A DNA stretch of 63,992 bases, filler included, from Candidatus Hydrogenedentota bacterium (GTDB lineage: Bacteria > JBFMHD01), in the NCBI GenBank assembly GCA_040752395.1. It is 9 parts of 9 records of this genome, joined end to end, with 100 filler letters (N's around TTAATTAATTAA, not from the genome) between each part and the next. Parts side by side here need not be neighbours in the genome. Positions count along the whole stretch, not along the records: positions 62,189 to 63,992 come from JBFMHD010000330.1; 8 more parts are not named here. One strand, given 5' to 3'. Positions 62,859-63,992 of this stretch are shown here, in pieces. Positions within the stretch are counted from its first letter, which is position 1. Each line of letters opens with the position of its first letter. The translations under genes and the position numbers were made by a program. The notes beneath the pieces are model-generated. The model saw nothing but the letters and a program-made list of their open reading frames with translations. It did no database searches and was not told the DNA's origin.

Positions 62859-63389
62859 TGTAACTGTTTTATCTGATTCAAGATTAATATGCCCAATACC
62901 ATATGCCTTGTGTAGAAATGGGTTTATAAATCCATTTGAGATTGGAAATTTAATCCTGTATTCTGGTAGGATATAGCTAAATCTTTCTATTATTTTCTCA
63001 TGTGGATTCTTTTTAGGTTCACTACTAAATGGAATCCCAAGAAACACACAATCAGCAGATTTTATTGCTTTAGCAAGGAAGGGATCGTTTTTTTTATCTG
63101 TGGAAAAGTAAATGTCAAAGCCAATTGCAGAAGCCTTATATTGGTTGGTTAAAACATCAATCAGTTTAGCATACATTTTATGTGAGATAGGCTTGCCACC
63201 TTCTATCTCTTTATCTATCGAAATAATCCAAATATTTGTATCTTGCTTTTTGGTGCCTCGTAATTTATACAACAATTCTAACTCAAGTTCTTGCAGCATA
63301 CCATGAGGGATGAGCCAAAAGATGACCAAAGTTATCATTAATCCTGATATTAACCTGATAAAAAATAATTTTCTTGACATTTTTACCAT
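62847..63389 (-). pseudogene. Truncated CHASE2-domain sensor
   Basis: Motifs IISID, YAKLIDVL, AIGFDIYF and GHINL. Ends before any TM or output domain. Confidence 0.6.
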
Positions 63390-63408
63390 TTTATAGTATT
63401 ATAAAAAT

Positions 63409-63615
63409 ATGCAACTTAATGAGAAACAAAAGACCAGAATAGCTGATTTTGTAACAGACATTGGTAAAGTATCTATTGCTGCATTAGTTTTTGGACAATT
63501 CTTATCAAAAGAACCTTTTAATTGGTATATATTTTTTACAGGACTTATCATCTCTCTTTTATTTGTTGGAATTGCCCTCATATTGGAATCAAACTTAACA
63601 CAAAGGGAGGAATAA
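63409..63615 (+). CDS. Small two-TM protein
   Basis: ADFVTDIGKVSIAALVFGQF followed by a second TM segment. Confidence 0.6.
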   Translation: MQLNEKQKTRIADFVTDIGKVSIAALVFGQFLSKEPFNWYIFFTGLIISLLFVGIALILESNLTQREE

Positions 63616-63618
63616 ATA

Positions 63619-63723
63619 ATGACTGGGATATTTATAATTATGATTGGTACACTAATCTTTGGGTTAGTTATGCTTTATCTTGACTATCGTGGCAGGAAAA
63701 AGGCACTATCTTCTAAGAAATAA
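63619..63723 (+). CDS. 34-aa single-TM small protein
   Basis: GGAGG SD; MTGIFIIMIGTLIFGLVMLYLDYRGRKKALSSKK. Confidence 0.55.
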   Translation: MTGIFIIMIGTLIFGLVMLYLDYRGRKKALSSKK

Positions 63724-63728
63724 ATTCT

Positions 63729-63975
63729 GTAACCGTTCAGGTGTAATGAAGGAAAAAGGAGAAATATGGGAAAAAGGGAAATTTATTTTAATGTATGGAA
63801 TTTGAAAATTGTTCTTTATGAGTAGAGATTTTAATCTCTCTTGCAGATATAAGAGAATAAATTCTCTACTCTGTGTAATTACATAGCTTAACTTGAATTT
63901 GAAATAAAATTCTTTAATATTTTTCCCCTTTTCCCCTACTTTTCCATTTTCCCTTACTTACACCTGAACGCTTAC
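63729..63975. mobile_element. 247-bp MITE with 18-bp TIRs and an 8-bp target-site duplication
   Basis: TAAATTCT|GTAACCGTTCAGGTGTAA...TTACACCTGAACGCTTAC|TAAATTCT. Confidence 0.88.
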
Positions 63976-63992
63976 TAAATTCTACTCCTTCC

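Overview
This AT-rich window is not one continuous locus. It consists of nine assembly contigs joined by 100-nt N-TTAATTAATTAA-N linkers (contigs 1-5968, 6069-11999, 12100-18015, 18116-23918, 24019-29762, 29863-35593, 35694-41420, 41521-62088, 62189-63992), typical of a draft or metagenome-assembled genome. Most contigs look like a flagellated diderm bacterium: flagellin, fliS, FapA, a Maf-like protein, rho, epmA, PorV-like beta-barrels, Tad/GspK-like pseudopilins and many glycosyltransferases. The most striking signal is non-coding. A dispersed family of modular intergenic repeats (about 16 copies between 12.1 and 62.1 kb) is built from hairpin modules whose arms are variable-number 7- or 8-mers. 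The modules are shuffled and inverted between copies. A conserved ~40-bp terminal module (CTACTTGATATTATTAGAGTTACAATGTTTTTCAGAGGAGG) supplies the Shine-Dalgarno (SD) site, and possibly an extended -10 promoter, to at least eight unrelated genes including rho. Other features are a tRNA-Gly-linked island carrying an E1alpha/E1beta + PLP enzyme + ATP-grasp operon, three unrelated MITE-like families, three inactivated toxin genes, an ATP-grasp/FMN-dehydrogenase fusion next to a Maf gene, and a cNMP-binding protein with an Sm/Hfq-like C-terminus. All product calls come from visual motif recognition; no searches were run.
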